NCBI GenBank assembly: GCA_964247055.1
Contig: OZ176052.1
Location: forward strand, 6,510,001 to 6,574,000
DNA length: 64,000 nucleotides
Direction: 5' to 3'
Origin: Paragordius varius
Taxonomy: Eukaryota; Animalia; Nematomorpha
The notes beneath the pieces are model-generated. The model was not told where the DNA came from. It saw only the letters and a program-made list of their open reading frames with translations, and did no database searches. Positions 34,577 through 47,076 of this stretch are shown here, one piece after another (positions within the stretch are counted from its first letter, which is position 1; each line of letters begins with the position of its first letter). Made by a program: the position numbers and the translations under genes.

Positions 34577-36590
34577 CACTGCTCATCAATGTTTTGCACC
34601 ACCCCGATTTTATGATACCTAATGGCATGGAAAGGCCAAAACCAAAAAAAATTTAGGGCCACCAATAGGATTTTTTCAAAATTTAATTTTGTATTTAATT
34701 TAAAAAAACAATCATTCCTCGTGTACATATGTTATTTAAACGAGCAAGTCGAACCAAGTATCATTCCAGATCCAGGTATTTTCATATAATTTTATTTCGA
34801 AAAAGCAAAAATGATCCAAATAAATTTTGCATCTGTTGTGGTAAATATATATTTAAGAAAAATAACTTGTGGAATATCGATGATAATACTGGAAAACTTT
34901 TTGCAAAATATTTTGATACCAAAATTGATAATTACAGAGCATAAGCCCCCCATTTTTCCTAACTAAGACTATACAGAAAATTTATTGGTGATCCATTAAA
35001 TAAAACTTTATCTGAAAATGCCGTTTATCTTTATATTAAAAAATATAAACTGCCTAAAAATGCTGCTTATTCATAAAAAATCTTGAGAAAGATTCAGCCT
35101 CATTCATGTAGTTTCAAAATCAACTAAACTAAGTAAAGCCAAAGCTGAGGCTTGGATAGCTAATGGGCCTTTAATCAAATTTTTTTCACAGATAACTACT
35201 TTATAAACCTATTATCTGCAAAAGAAACAATCTTTTGAAGCTTTAAAAAAATTCAACACTGGGGTATAATATATTTTTAAATATTAGGATTACATAAGTC
35301 TGAAGAGTATAAATTAGGCCAGGAGCTTGTAGAAAGTTACCATCGGATGGGTATATTATTTTATAAAATGTAGACTGTAAAATAACTATGAAGCTACACA
35401 TAGATGAACATATTGAAAGATTTCCGTTTAATTGCATTACCGATTTGAAGCGAGCAACTCGCGAAACAATATTTCTGATTTTATTTGGAATTTTATTGCT
35501 ACAATTATTATTTTAAATATATACAATAATATATTAATTAAAAATTTGTAGTTAAAAAGAAAATGAAAATATTGAGAATAATTTTAATATGTATGTATAC
35601 AATTTTTTGTGGAAGTACCTACAAAGATATACGAGTAAATGGATATATAGACTATAATCAACACTAAAATTTGTGTAAAAAATTAATTTGTATAAATAAC
35701 AAAATTCTAGGCATTAAATAAAATGAGATACTAAACAAGCTAAGCCAAAGTATTAAAAATCTAAAAGGGCTAAAGTATGTGATAGATCCGGCACAAGCTC
35801 TGCAACCTATCCCCCAAGCGATCCTATAATTATGCCAGATATGGCAAAGGTAACAATAAGGAATGGTAGACCGCGATAGGAGAGGCTTGCAAGCAAAATC
35901 CAGGCAAATTGACATGTCAATTAATTCACAGAATAAAGTTAGATAAATTCCATTGAATCGAATAAAGAGATTAGGTAAATACAAATGGTCCAATCCCATA
36001 ACAGTATATTCTACTAAAAGTGGCTACCCAACATCCATCTGAAATTCAAAATACATAGCAACCAATAATTTAAAAAATTAATATCCACTAGGTATAAATT
36101 AAGGATTTTTTGTAATAATCAACCAAAGAAAAAATCCCTATTAAGTACTCGAAATAACGAAAATTAACAAAATAAATATAGCCTATCTGAAAGCCGAAGG
36201 TTTAAACCATAGAATGCCTCTTTTAGTATTTTTTGAATATAAATCTATACGTGTTTAAAATTAACTTAAAAAAAGATATTTTGACGTTTATATCCGTACT
36301 ATTTTTTTCACCCTGATATTTAAATGACATATTTATATTCAAAAGTTAGAGTTTAAAACGCTTCATTAAATGATATCAATTTATAATATAATAACTTTTT
36401 ATTATAAAGTAATATTTAATTTTCTCTCAATTTTCTCTTGTTTTTAAAAAATTGAAAAACCATAATATCTAAAAATTCTAATTGGGGGAATCAAGAATTT
36501 TTTCAGATTCGATTTTAGAACACTGAAATTAGGCATAATTTGAAATTTTGAGTGGTGGTGCTCAAAAATGTCCAAATTTGTCGACTAGTG
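34577..36590 (+). mobile_element. Chapaev3-like (CMC superfamily) transposon, internally deleted and decayed
   Basis: TAA|CACTG...TAGTG|TAA (3-bp TWA TSD, imperfect TIRs). Remnants NDPNKFCICCGKYIF...YF...*APH, LSKAKAE, GLHKSEEYK...LVESYHRMG and DEHIERF match Chapaev transposase motifs as I recall them (NDPxxFCYICG...WAPH; SDExGERFHQ). Confidence 0.85.
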
Positions 36591-39321
36591 TAATCAAAAA
36601 AAAATAATGAATCTATATTAAAATATTTTTTTAATTATTAAGCTAAACTCTATTAAAATCGTAACTTCCATACTTTTCAGTAAAAAAAAATTCTATATCA
36701 AAATAAAAGTTATTGTTTTTTATTTTTTTGTTATCTGGTTTATGAGTGTATAAAAAATTTATACTGTTTTATTTTGGAATCTTACATAAATGGAAGTTAT
36801 AAAGTATATGATTTATGCAAAATAGGATTCAAAAGTAGTGGAATACCAACCAAACATCAATACATATTCTAGTAAAAATATTACTTTGTGTTCAAACAAA
36901 TCTGTTACAGGGATTTATACGGATATTATTTGATATCAATATTTTTAAATCCTATTTAGCATAAATTATATACTTTATAACTCCCACTCATGTAAGATTC
37001 CAAAATTTAACAGTATATTTTTATACACTCATAAACCAGATGACAAAAAATAAAAAAAAATATTTTTGAGTTTTTTTTTTACTGAAAAAAATATGAATGT
37101 TAAGATTTTGATAGAGAGTTTAGCTAGTAAAAAATAAAAAAATTATTTTAATATAGTTTCATTAATTTTTTTTGACTTTTTGTGTTAAAAGAAAAACGCC
37201 ATCTTTTGATCTGAGATTTTATAGAAACGCTATTTATATAATTTTAGGCAATTTATATATAGAAAATATCTCCAAAAATGATAATCAACCATAATATCTC
37301 AACTTTTATCATTATTTTGTGAATTATCCTTAATAATCCGTAATTTTCACTTTTAAAATTCACTGGTCATAAGCTATCTCATGAAAAAAAATTTGTTAAA
37401 AAAATTAACCCTCTTTTTTGCACACAGTGTATTATATCCTGTTTCAAAAAATTTTCCTAGAAAATGACTAAGAATGGCATTTATTGCTCAAAAACAGATA
37501 TTATCTGATGAAAATATTTTAAAAAATGGGAAACAATTATTATTTTGAAATAAAATCCCTTCTGTCTCATTTGTAATTCTAAAAAATCATTTGCCTGCAG
37601 AAGGTTATCCGTCAAAAAAGTTTTTTTTGAAAGAATTCACAAAGCCTTTTACCCTTATATTTTTTATCAATCAGAAATAAGTGGGCTTAAAATATGAGGA
37701 ACTTAATTCAATTATTTAAATAGTTGTCGGTATACTTAACCATAATTGGTGGTAGGTATGTAACCGCCGTAGTTTGAAAAAATATCCAAAGTGGATCTGT
37801 ATATTCTACTATTATGGAAGCCTAGTTATGAATAGATTATTAATTAGACCTGAATTATTATTTAAAAAATTGGACAAATATCTATGTCAAATAGTGGTTT
37901 TCAATGACTTACCTTTGCGACATTCCTGATAAACTAATTTTATACAAGTGTTAAAATTAACAAAATTCCTTTGTATGTAAATCAAATATTATAGTATAAA
38001 GAAAATTTAAATAAAACTTTCCACATAAAATATGTTTGCTACAATTAACTTACTAATACGTAATCATTTATTTATTTAATGAGATGAAATTCGGATACAT
38101 CAGGAATCAAGAAAAATTATTTATAATTCCTTTAATATCTATGGCATAATTTACAAAATATTGAACAACTTGTGCACTCTTGCGCTCATGTTGAGTAATT
38201 TTTCGATTTTAAAAATAATTGCAAGTTAAAAGCTTTATTCAAAATCGCAAATTAAGGTATATTCGTTGATAACTTATGCGAGGTAAGCAAAAACTAAATA
38301 TGTTAATTGATCGCTTACAAGTGCCCGGAAGATATATTAAGATTGTGTCCCGATGCCAAAAACCAGACTTAGAAATTGTTGGGAATAAAATAAAATGCCC
38401 ACTCTAATGATAATGTTATTATCAAATTTTTCTTAGACTAAATCGTACAAGTAGCTGTGATTTATATGCGACTCAAAAAACGGTGTACATTTACGGTATA
38501 AATATCTGTATGTGTGCCCCACGTATGCAATATTTGTGGGTAATATATGGTGCACGGCTCATGAGACAAAAGAACTATTTTATTAAATTTTTTTCGTGAG
38601 TATACCACTGATTTAAGCCATGCATCTTGAATACAAAAGTATTTAAAATTTTCGGAAGTTATAATCAAATACATTAGTAGTTAATTAATTATAATAATTA
38701 TTAGCGAATTTACAAAAAAAAAACAGTGGCAAAAAATGATATAAGGGTTTTTTAACAACATTATGTTTTTTAAAAAAATTTAACGAACCCGCCTAAAAGA
38801 CAAAAATTGCCTTTTTTTAATTTTTTATATATTTCAAATCTCTCTGGCCTTTAGTCCAAAACAAATGTTGATTACTTTAGCGTTTTTAATTATTTAAAAA
38901 TTAATATTTAATAATCATTAAGAAATTGACATCCATTGTTTTATTCATTGTTTTTAACAGGTAACATAATATTATATGAAACTACTTATCGTAATTATGT
39001 GCAAAATTTGAAATTGTATGATATTGATTTCTACAAAACTAATTTGTTACCTATTTTTTGGGGTAATTAATAAATAATAAAAGTGGTAAGCCCCCTATTG
39101 ATTTTTGATGTTTTAAGAAAATTAGTTATAATAAGTGTTTTGCCAGTATTTATCGGAAAATTAAGTCAAAAACTATTATTACAATTCTTAAACACTAAAT
39201 ATAGGGTTTAGCATCTCTCTCCCCTGTTTCAATTTTAATTATATATATACATATATATATATATGTATATTCTGTTGTTACAATATTATTTTTAATATTT
39301 TTTTTATTGTCTAAAACTAAA

Positions 39322-40620
39322 ATGTCATTACCGGAATGTAATATGTTTACTATGGGTGTTAGTGTATTTATTATTATAGCCACTCCAATCGGGTTAGTTG
39401 GAAACTTTTACCTACTTTTTTTACTTATAATGCCCGAAAAGTTTACAAAATTTGAATGGACGCATATGCGTATGATATATAAACGAAATTCCCGTATACT
39501 TATAACTATAACCAGCCTTTTTTGTTTTCTGCTTTGTCTTTTTACGCTATATTGGCCAGCCCAATATATAACTCAACAGTCTCACGTGCTAACTAATCGT
39601 CGTTCATCTTTACCCCATATTGTCAACACTAATGGTGTTAGACCTAACTATTCGATTTATCCAACAAAAATTCAATGTCTGGTGGAAGAGATTGTTTTAT
39701 GTTTTATAAATTACATGATTATGGTATTGTGTATAGACATATTTTTGACTCTCACGTTCCCATATTTTTACCGTAGACGTTATGCCGTCAAATATACGAT
39801 TTATATAATTGTATTCGTGCTTGCAGTGTTTGCAATTGCCCTATGCTTACCTCGTTTCTTTTTTAAATGTCCTTTACCTGATAATAGCAATGATACAATA
39901 TCAAATAAAATATTAATAAATAAGAATAATAATATGTTTAAGGATGCAAGTTATTACTACAGGCACAATACTAGAGTAATAGCTTATGGTTTAGCCCGGA
40001 CAATAATTATAAATTTGTTCCCTTGTCTCATTACTTTATTGCTGAATGTTGCGATAAGTATATTGTTTCACCGTAAAGAAGAAGAATTACTTAGATCAAC
40101 GGTTTTGTTCGAATATACGGGTCGTAATATTGTAGAAAACCCTAACGTTAGTAATATTTCACACCGTGCTTCAACCGTTAACGCTATCCGTAATACATAC
40201 CTTCAAACCAATGCCAGGGATGCCCTGAAATCACTGAATCTATATTCAAGTGGTAGAATAAATTTGATTAAATACCGTAATAGAAATATATTTTACATTT
40301 TAACCATGTTGAATATCTTACTTTTTATGACAAGCATCCCATGGTTCTTACATCAAATAGTGACATACGCATCATCATTGATAAAAATTGGACCCATATC
40401 ATCATCATCACTATGTAATGATGCGTTCAATTCCGGAATGGAAAGTAATCAAAAAATATATATGAGAACCACTATTTATAACCCAATATATCGAATAATT
40501 GCATACAATTTTCTCCTTATCAAAATATATTTATTCCCCTACATTATAGCGATTGGGCTAGTTTTACACCAACATAAATTGAGATACTTTATTTCTTCAA
40601 ACATTGTATCACCGGCTTAA
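39322..40620 (+). CDS. Divergent intronless class A-like 7TM receptor (~432 aa)
   Basis: Seven hydrophobic segments; TM1 IGLVGN, TM3 end VLCIDIFLTLTFPYFYRR, TM5 NLFPCLITLLLN, TM6 FMTSIPW, long third intracellular loop. First ATG at 39322. Confidence 0.75.
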   Translation: MSLPECNMFTMGVSVFIIIATPIGLVGNFYLLFLLIMPEKFTKFEWTHMRMIYKRNSRILITITSLFCFLLCLFTLYWPAQYITQQSHVLTNRRSSLPHIVNTNGVRPNYSIYPTKIQCLVEEIVLCFINYMIMVLCIDIFLTLTFPYFYRRRYAVKYTIYIIVFVLAVFAIALCLPRFFFKCPLPDNSNDTISNKILINKNNNMFKDASYYYRHNTRVIAYGLARTIIINLFPCLITLLLNVAISILFHRKEEELLRSTVLFEYTGRNIVENPNVSNISHRASTVNAIRNTYLQTNARDALKSLNLYSSGRINLIKYRNRNIFYILTMLNILLFMTSIPWFLHQIVTYASSLIKIGPISSSSLCNDAFNSGMESNQKIYMRTTIYNPIYRIIAYNFLLIKIYLFPYIIAIGLVLHQHKLRYFISSNIVSPA

Positions 40621-43600
40621 TTCAACTTTTTATTAAACATAAACTTTGTAATAATATTCTATTACCTAGTATTCCGCAATCCTAATTAAAAATATTTATT
40701 TAATCTGAAATATATTAATATTAAACTAATTAAATATTTTGCATGGTAATGCAGGATATTAAAAGGATGATGTGGTCTAATAACTTAAAAAATGAAATTA
40801 TATCCCATTATTCATTCAGTATCACAAAGAATAAATTGGTTATTTGTGCACATAGCTGAATTTGCAAATACATTTACTAATAATTGAAATCGATTGGATA
40901 TGCGCAAAATATAAATTAGTATAAAAATGATTAATTTTAACAATATGTTACTAAAATGGAGCTTTATTGGTTAAAAAATCTGATCGACTGTGTCAAATTT
41001 TACCAAATTTGGAATGATTGTGGCAATCGCAACTATTATGCATAATTCAAACTAATGAATGAAAATAGTTGTATATGCATACACATTCAAAAATATTTGG
41101 AATGGACACTGGAAATATATGAAAATTAATATTTTACAAAATGGTTTATATGACATATTGATTCGCCTTGTAATAAAATAAACTTGTAAAATGAGAAAAA
41201 TATTTTAATCTATTTTCATAATATTTAATTTATGAAATTTAGCAAGATTTAAAATTTCTGACTTATTGGAAAGTATTACATTAAAATTTACGTTTTATTA
41301 TGCTAATTGCCTGAATGTGAAAGTTACTACTCTATCTATAAATATTATAATCAAAATCGACATAAAAACATAAGTATTTCATAAAAAATATTTTTACAAC
41401 AATTTATTAAGTTTAAAAAATTATTTACTTTTTAAGTATAAACAATTTAAATAGGGTAAATTCAAGTTCTTTGTAATTATACAATCAAATATACATTGCT
41501 AATTTATTATTGAATATTGCCAGAGATAGCATAAACACATAGCACACAAAAAAATATCCTGATGAAATATTAATTCTGATATAAAAATGTATTAGGATAT
41601 TCAAGTGCTTTCGGTTTTGGAGCTTACGAGTGATAAAAAAGTTGTTCGACTTTTGTGTAGCGCACATTTGGCTAAATGAAATTTTTTTGGTGAAAGCTAG
41701 GAGCTTCATTTCATTTTCTATAATATAATAACCTATATTAATAAAGTAAAGTATTTATATCAAATTACAATTTGGGAAGTAGGCCCCGAACGCAATTTTT
41801 GATTTTTCCGAAACGGGCTAGCTTTCTTTAAATAAACGCAAAACGAGATTGCGCAATCATACTTAGCGTTAAAATTAAAATTTTGGTAAAATTTAGTTGA
41901 GGTTTTCTTCATCTATTTCGAAGTATGGTGGATAAGTAAAAAGTTTAAAAACATTTTTCATATAAATAATTTGATGGAGCATTTTATCACTAGAGTATCT
42001 TGTATAAAAAGTTAGTTTACTTTAAATGTTATATTTTGTCAAAAAATAAAATATATATTTAACATTTAAGACAAACAAAATAAATTAAAGTTCTGAGGTG
42101 ATAGATATGTTAAACATTGAATTATTTGAAAAAAACGGTTGCTATAATATCCTAAAGCATTTGCCGTTTCCACCACAGTACCATTCAACAAAAGAATTTT
42201 TTATCATAATCTATATAAAAAAATTCTTATAGAATAATTATGGCATTTTTGACTTTATTTCAATTAGCCCATTTTTGAAGGTTAAATTTGTGATTATCCG
42301 AGCACTCTAAAATTTTAATTTTGAATAATATTTATAATATATTTAATATTGTTCAAAACTAATTTAGCATTACCAAAAACTTTATTAGTATAATGTGCGC
42401 TAATTTTGCGACTTTTCGATGTAAATCAATTATCATAAAAGTGCAAATAACTTTTATATATAACTCATAAGGCCTAAAACCAAAAGCACCATGATATCCT
42501 TATAGCTTTTTCTGTCAGAATATATATAATTAAGGACATTTTTTTTATATAGCCCGATTTCAAGCAATATATACAACAAAGATATTTATTATTGAATAGC
42601 AGTAAAAAGCTTAAGCCATCATTTTCTTTGGTCTTTTGGCAATATTTATGAAACACTTGCAGTTCATTTTGACTCATACTGTATTATGTCAATAAAATTA
42701 TATTAAAATCAGAGTTTGAAATTCAAAAAGAACCCAAAGCTCAGGTTCTCAATGGTTTAAATGGATTCCGGAGGTTAAAAGTTAAATTAGAATTAATTAA
42801 AAATTACCTACCATCTATTAAAAATGAGTGGAATTAATAGATAAATATTTAATTTATTTTGGATAAGTATTTGTTTAAGCCAGGGAGTTAAAATCGCTTA
42901 GCAGGCGGCTTGTTCAACTCGAAAACTTTAGAGGGCTGCATTGGACAAAATAAACAAGTATTAATCAAATATATTTCAATCATGAGTTTGTAAAAAATAA
43001 TCGACTACGATATATATTTAATAATAGGGTCATCCATTGCCAAAATTTGAACAGATCCATTCAGATTTGCCTACATTTATCTTAAACAATAAATTTGAAT
43101 CTAATTATTTTACGGTTAAAATTATAACGATATGAATTTTATCATTAGATAATTTCTTATATTACAAAATATATGTATTTAGTTATACAAATTTCCGCGG
43201 GATGCAAAAGATTTTTGGAGCGCTTGTTGAACACTCCTGGTATATGCAAAAAGAACATTATAATTATCTAATTTGCATATTAGTTTATCTTGGTATGAAA
43301 CCGTATTGTCGCATCGAAATACATGAAATTAGAATTAATTTAGTTCTATCTAATGTTTTTAATAAAACTCGCCAATTTTCAGAACCAAAAATATAGGAAG
43401 TCATATTTCTTATATGATCAGCCCATGCATCAAGCTACTCTCTAAAATTTAGTTTTTAATTATTGATCGAAGTGGCAGATTTGCAAACTAATCAGTGAAA
43501 TGCATATATTTATATCATTGTGTAAGCTCAATATACACTGCGTCTCAGCGGATATAAAAAATATCCTAATAAAATATATATAATCTGATAAAAAATGTAT

Positions 43601-43762
43601 CAGGATTATCATGCTGCTTCTGGTTTTGTCCCATACGAGTCATTTAAGAAGTTACACTTTTATGGTAAGTGAACCATATCAGAAAATGTATATTAAGGTG
43701 AAGAGACTAAAATGCAAAAAAGAATAAAATTTTAATAAAAGTACAGAATCATATTTTGTACA

Positions 43763-44088
43763 ATCTCCTGGAAAGCCCAAATCTCCAATTCTTATATACT
43801 CAACCTCATCAAACCCGAATTTTTACTTCACGATTTAATAATCTTCAAACAGCTAAAATATCTGGGTCATATCCTGCGATCCGACTCGCTAGAAAAAAGC
43901 AAACTTTTTGGGTTGGTAGATGGCACCCGCAGAAGGGGCCGACCCAAAAAGCGGTGGATCGACATGCTTAAATCAATAACAAACCGAACTTTTCTTCAAT
44001 TGTTGAGAGAACAGGATCGTCAAAAATGGAGAACATTAATTTATGAGAAAGCCAAGAGTCACTACATGACTAGCTTATAACAACAACA
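43763..44088 (+). mobile_element. 3' fragment of an RTE/BovB-like LINE
   Basis: ISWKAQISN...LKYLGHILRSDSLEK...DGTRRRGRPKKRWID...QDRQKWR, followed by a short (AAC)n tail. Confidence 0.8.
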
Positions 44089-44479
44089 TATAAAGGTCGT
44101 AAAAAATGAAAAAAGTATAAGCCTTGGGTAAAAAAACCAGTCATACATTTAAATTATTTTTAATAAGAACATATGAAACCTGTTCGGTTGCTTAAGAAAA
44201 ATAAATCATGTCCATCCAAAGCGTATTTTAATATTAATAAAGCTTATTTTTACATTTTAAGATTTTAATACTTGTATAATTCCACAATCTACTAAAAATA
44301 TATGTGCGTAAATCTCGGGCTGTTACGCAGCCAGAGGCGCTTGAAAAAAATATCAACATAATTGTGATCAATATATGTGGATTATTTCGATACATTATTT
44401 AATTGTTATTATGTCATAAGATTTTCAAACGGTGCTTCATATTTTCAAAACTGTGCATTCATACTAATATAATATATAC

Positions 44480-46230
44480 TGGTGTGAAGGCCCCAAATTG
44501 GCTGCTAACGAAAAAAACCGCTATACTATAATTTTTATTTTTTATGGGTATTGTTCAAAGTCTTTATTGAACTCGTATGGCTTCTTAAGTTTTTTGAAAA
44601 TTAGCTCCAAAACCACACCATTTTTGTATGACGTCTCGGTTTTAAACCGGTAGATTCCTACCCATATATGGGAGAGCGCTGAGTTAATTCTCTGCCTTTA
44701 TAGGGAAAATATTTGGAATCATCTTTGATACCATCGTCTCATGGGTTATTTGAAAAAATACCTCAGCACTAAATAAGGTTATATGATGGCGTATTTTTAG
44801 GTCATAAAGGCCCCAAAACGGCAAATAAAAACACGCCTGACCTTAATTTTTACCTAATTACGGGTAATACAAGCTTTTAATGAGCTCATATGGCTTCATA
44901 TATTTTCTGTAAATTAGCTCCGAAACAACGCAATTTTAGAGTGGCGCAGTTTTTGGCGGTTAGCTCCTTACCCAGGGCAGATTTTATATAGGAAATATCT
45001 GGAATTCCCATATATTCCTATAAGTTCGTGAAAATATTCCTTCAAAAATAAAAATTGTTCTGTGGCCCCTCATTTTTCATGGCCTAAAACTTTACTTAGC
45101 GACTCATTGAAACCTGTACTAAATTTGTTTTTAAGGGGTAATATATATTCCCTTTATTGAACTCACATATCATAGGTTTTCTAAAATTTGGTTCCAAAGA
45201 CATGCTGAATCGATATGGGACGCAGTTTTAGCGGGTAGCCCCCTAACCAGGGGCGAAACAAAAAAACGCTCGATTAAAATTTTTGTAATTCGGGTATTAC
45301 CTGGAATCACAATTGATTCCATATGCTCTGTGGGATTTTAATTTGCCACAAAACCAAAAATTATATGGTGGCGCATTTTTCAGGGCAAGGGCACCTAATT
45401 AAGGGGTAATTCAATAAATCCGCTCTACTTAATTTGCCTGTTTATTAAACTCATATGGCCTGATAAGTTTTGTAAAATTTGCTTCCAAAGTTAAGCTGTA
45501 TCGATATGCGCAGATGTAGGCGGGTAGCTTTCTACCCAGAGGCCAATAGAAAAAACTTTCGATAGAAATTTTTGCCTTTATATGGGATCCTCTATCATTT
45601 ATTACATATGTTTTTGGAAGAATGGTTTCAAACCTAAATAAGAATTTAATAGCGCAATTTTGGGCGTATAGGGCTTAATTGAGGGCTAATTAAAAAAAAC
45701 AGCACGATTTAAAATTTGCCTTTTTACGCGTAATATTTTAGGCCCTTATTAAACTTATGTGGCCTGATATGTTTTCTAAAAATTAACTCCTAAACAACGC
45801 AATTTCGATATGGTGGCGCAGTTTTAGGCGGGTAGCTTCCTATTCAGAGGCTGATACAAAATAAGCGCTTGATTTAAATTTTTGTTTTTTTACGGAGAAT
45901 ACCTGGAATCACGATTGATTCCAACATTCGATTTTGGAAAAATTGCCTTAAAATTGAAAAATCATTCTATGGTGACGCATTTTTCAGGGCGTGTAAAAGG
46001 CCTAATTAACGGCAAATTTCAAAAAACGGCACGTCCTAAATTTTTGTTTTGTTACAAGTAATATTTTAAGCACCTATTAAACCATATTTTCCAAAATTTA
46101 GCCCCAAACGCACGCTATTTTGATATGACGGGGCAGTTTTTAGCGGTCTGTTACCCAGCAGCCAATATAAAAAAACCACGACTAAAATTTTTGCCTTTTA
46201 ACAGGGAATACCTAGAATCCTCATAGAATT
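44480..46230. repeat. Diverged tandem array: ~300-bp units made of two alternating ~150-bp subunits
   Basis: An atatggtggcgca-like motif recurs at ~44628, 44781, 44936, 45061, 45213, 45362, 45503, 45646, 45808, 45969, 46122. Every second copy is followed by gcgggtagc..cctacccag. Confidence 0.8.
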
Positions 46231-46973
46231 TTTACGGTTTCATACCTTTGGCGAAAAATAGAAAAATATTATTGTGGACTTGGTTTTTTGAAAAAAATGG
46301 CATTTTACGGGGAAGTCGGGTAAAAGGAGGGCTTAAATTAAAAAAGCGAGCCGACTATATTCGGCGCAATCGAAATAAAATTAAAAAAATCATATTTGAA
46401 ATCGAATGATCCAACAATTCCGGAAAATTGTCTCAAATTCACGATTTTCTTTTCAAAAAAACCCGTTTTTTACACGGGGTGTACCCGAACTGGGGCCTAA
46501 TTCAAAAAAGGGCAAAGCTATTGTCCGGGCATTCATTAATGATTATTTTTTTCGACATCTGGATTTGAATGGTTATACCGGTTTTCCGGAAACAGATCAC
46601 AAAGACAGCATTTTCCATTTTTATAAAGATATAGATTTCTACACCAACGTGTATTATATTTGCACAATTAACCATAAAACTGATACTTAAGTAATTTTAC
46701 ACTTTGCAAATAATTTTATTAGTTTTTTATTGTGTTTGAAAAAATTTATATTTTTGCAATTTAGCCGCCTCACTTTTATAATACCAAAGATTCAAACATA
46801 CTATATAAATCTATGAATATAGATATTAATTATCAATTTGCATCTAAGTCTTTTTTATTCAGTTATAACGGATAAAAAACATTGCTCAACACTCATATTT
46901 ATTTTACTTGCAAAATAAACTTAATTATTTTTTTATTTTGTTTAGCTCTCCCAAATGGATATATATACTAAAT

Positions 46974-47076
46974 CGATATGTGAAATCCCCAAGTCAAATA
47001 GTTGTGTCGTGCTGATGAGTGCTAACAAGCACGAAACTAGTCTGCGATTACTATTGACGAAGGGTTTCACATATCG
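46974..47076 (+). ncRNA. Type I minimal hammerhead ribozyme in an extended hairpin
   Basis: Core CTGATGA (47012-47018), stem II GTGCT-AACA-AGCAC, GAAA (47033-47036), minimal stem III C-TA-G, triplet GTC (47040-47042). Stem I gtcgtg/tgcgat is extended by gtcaa(a)tagt/actattgac and by cgatatgtgaaa(t)ccc/gggtttcacatatcg. Confidence 0.85.

Larger units (their letters stand above)
31696..37429. mobile_element. TA-flanked foldback element (~1.1 kb when empty) interrupted by three younger insertions
   Basis: Termini ta|(T)ACTGTG...CACAGTG|ta. Left-arm pieces 31696-31900, 34483-34576 and 36594 onward read continuously as the reverse complement of the right arm (~36900-37429). Confidence 0.75.

Noticed and set aside
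35664-35999. 111-aa Cys-rich minus-strand ORF
   Set aside because: It lies inside the Chapaev3-like element, and the frame is not preserved in the second copy at the window start.
37860-38680. Possible further tiny-intron gene (e.g. a 25-nt gtaagc...tttag spacer near 38310-38335 on the minus strand)
   Set aside because: I could not assemble a consistent start-to-stop model on either strand and recognised no protein motif; worth rechecking with RNA-seq.
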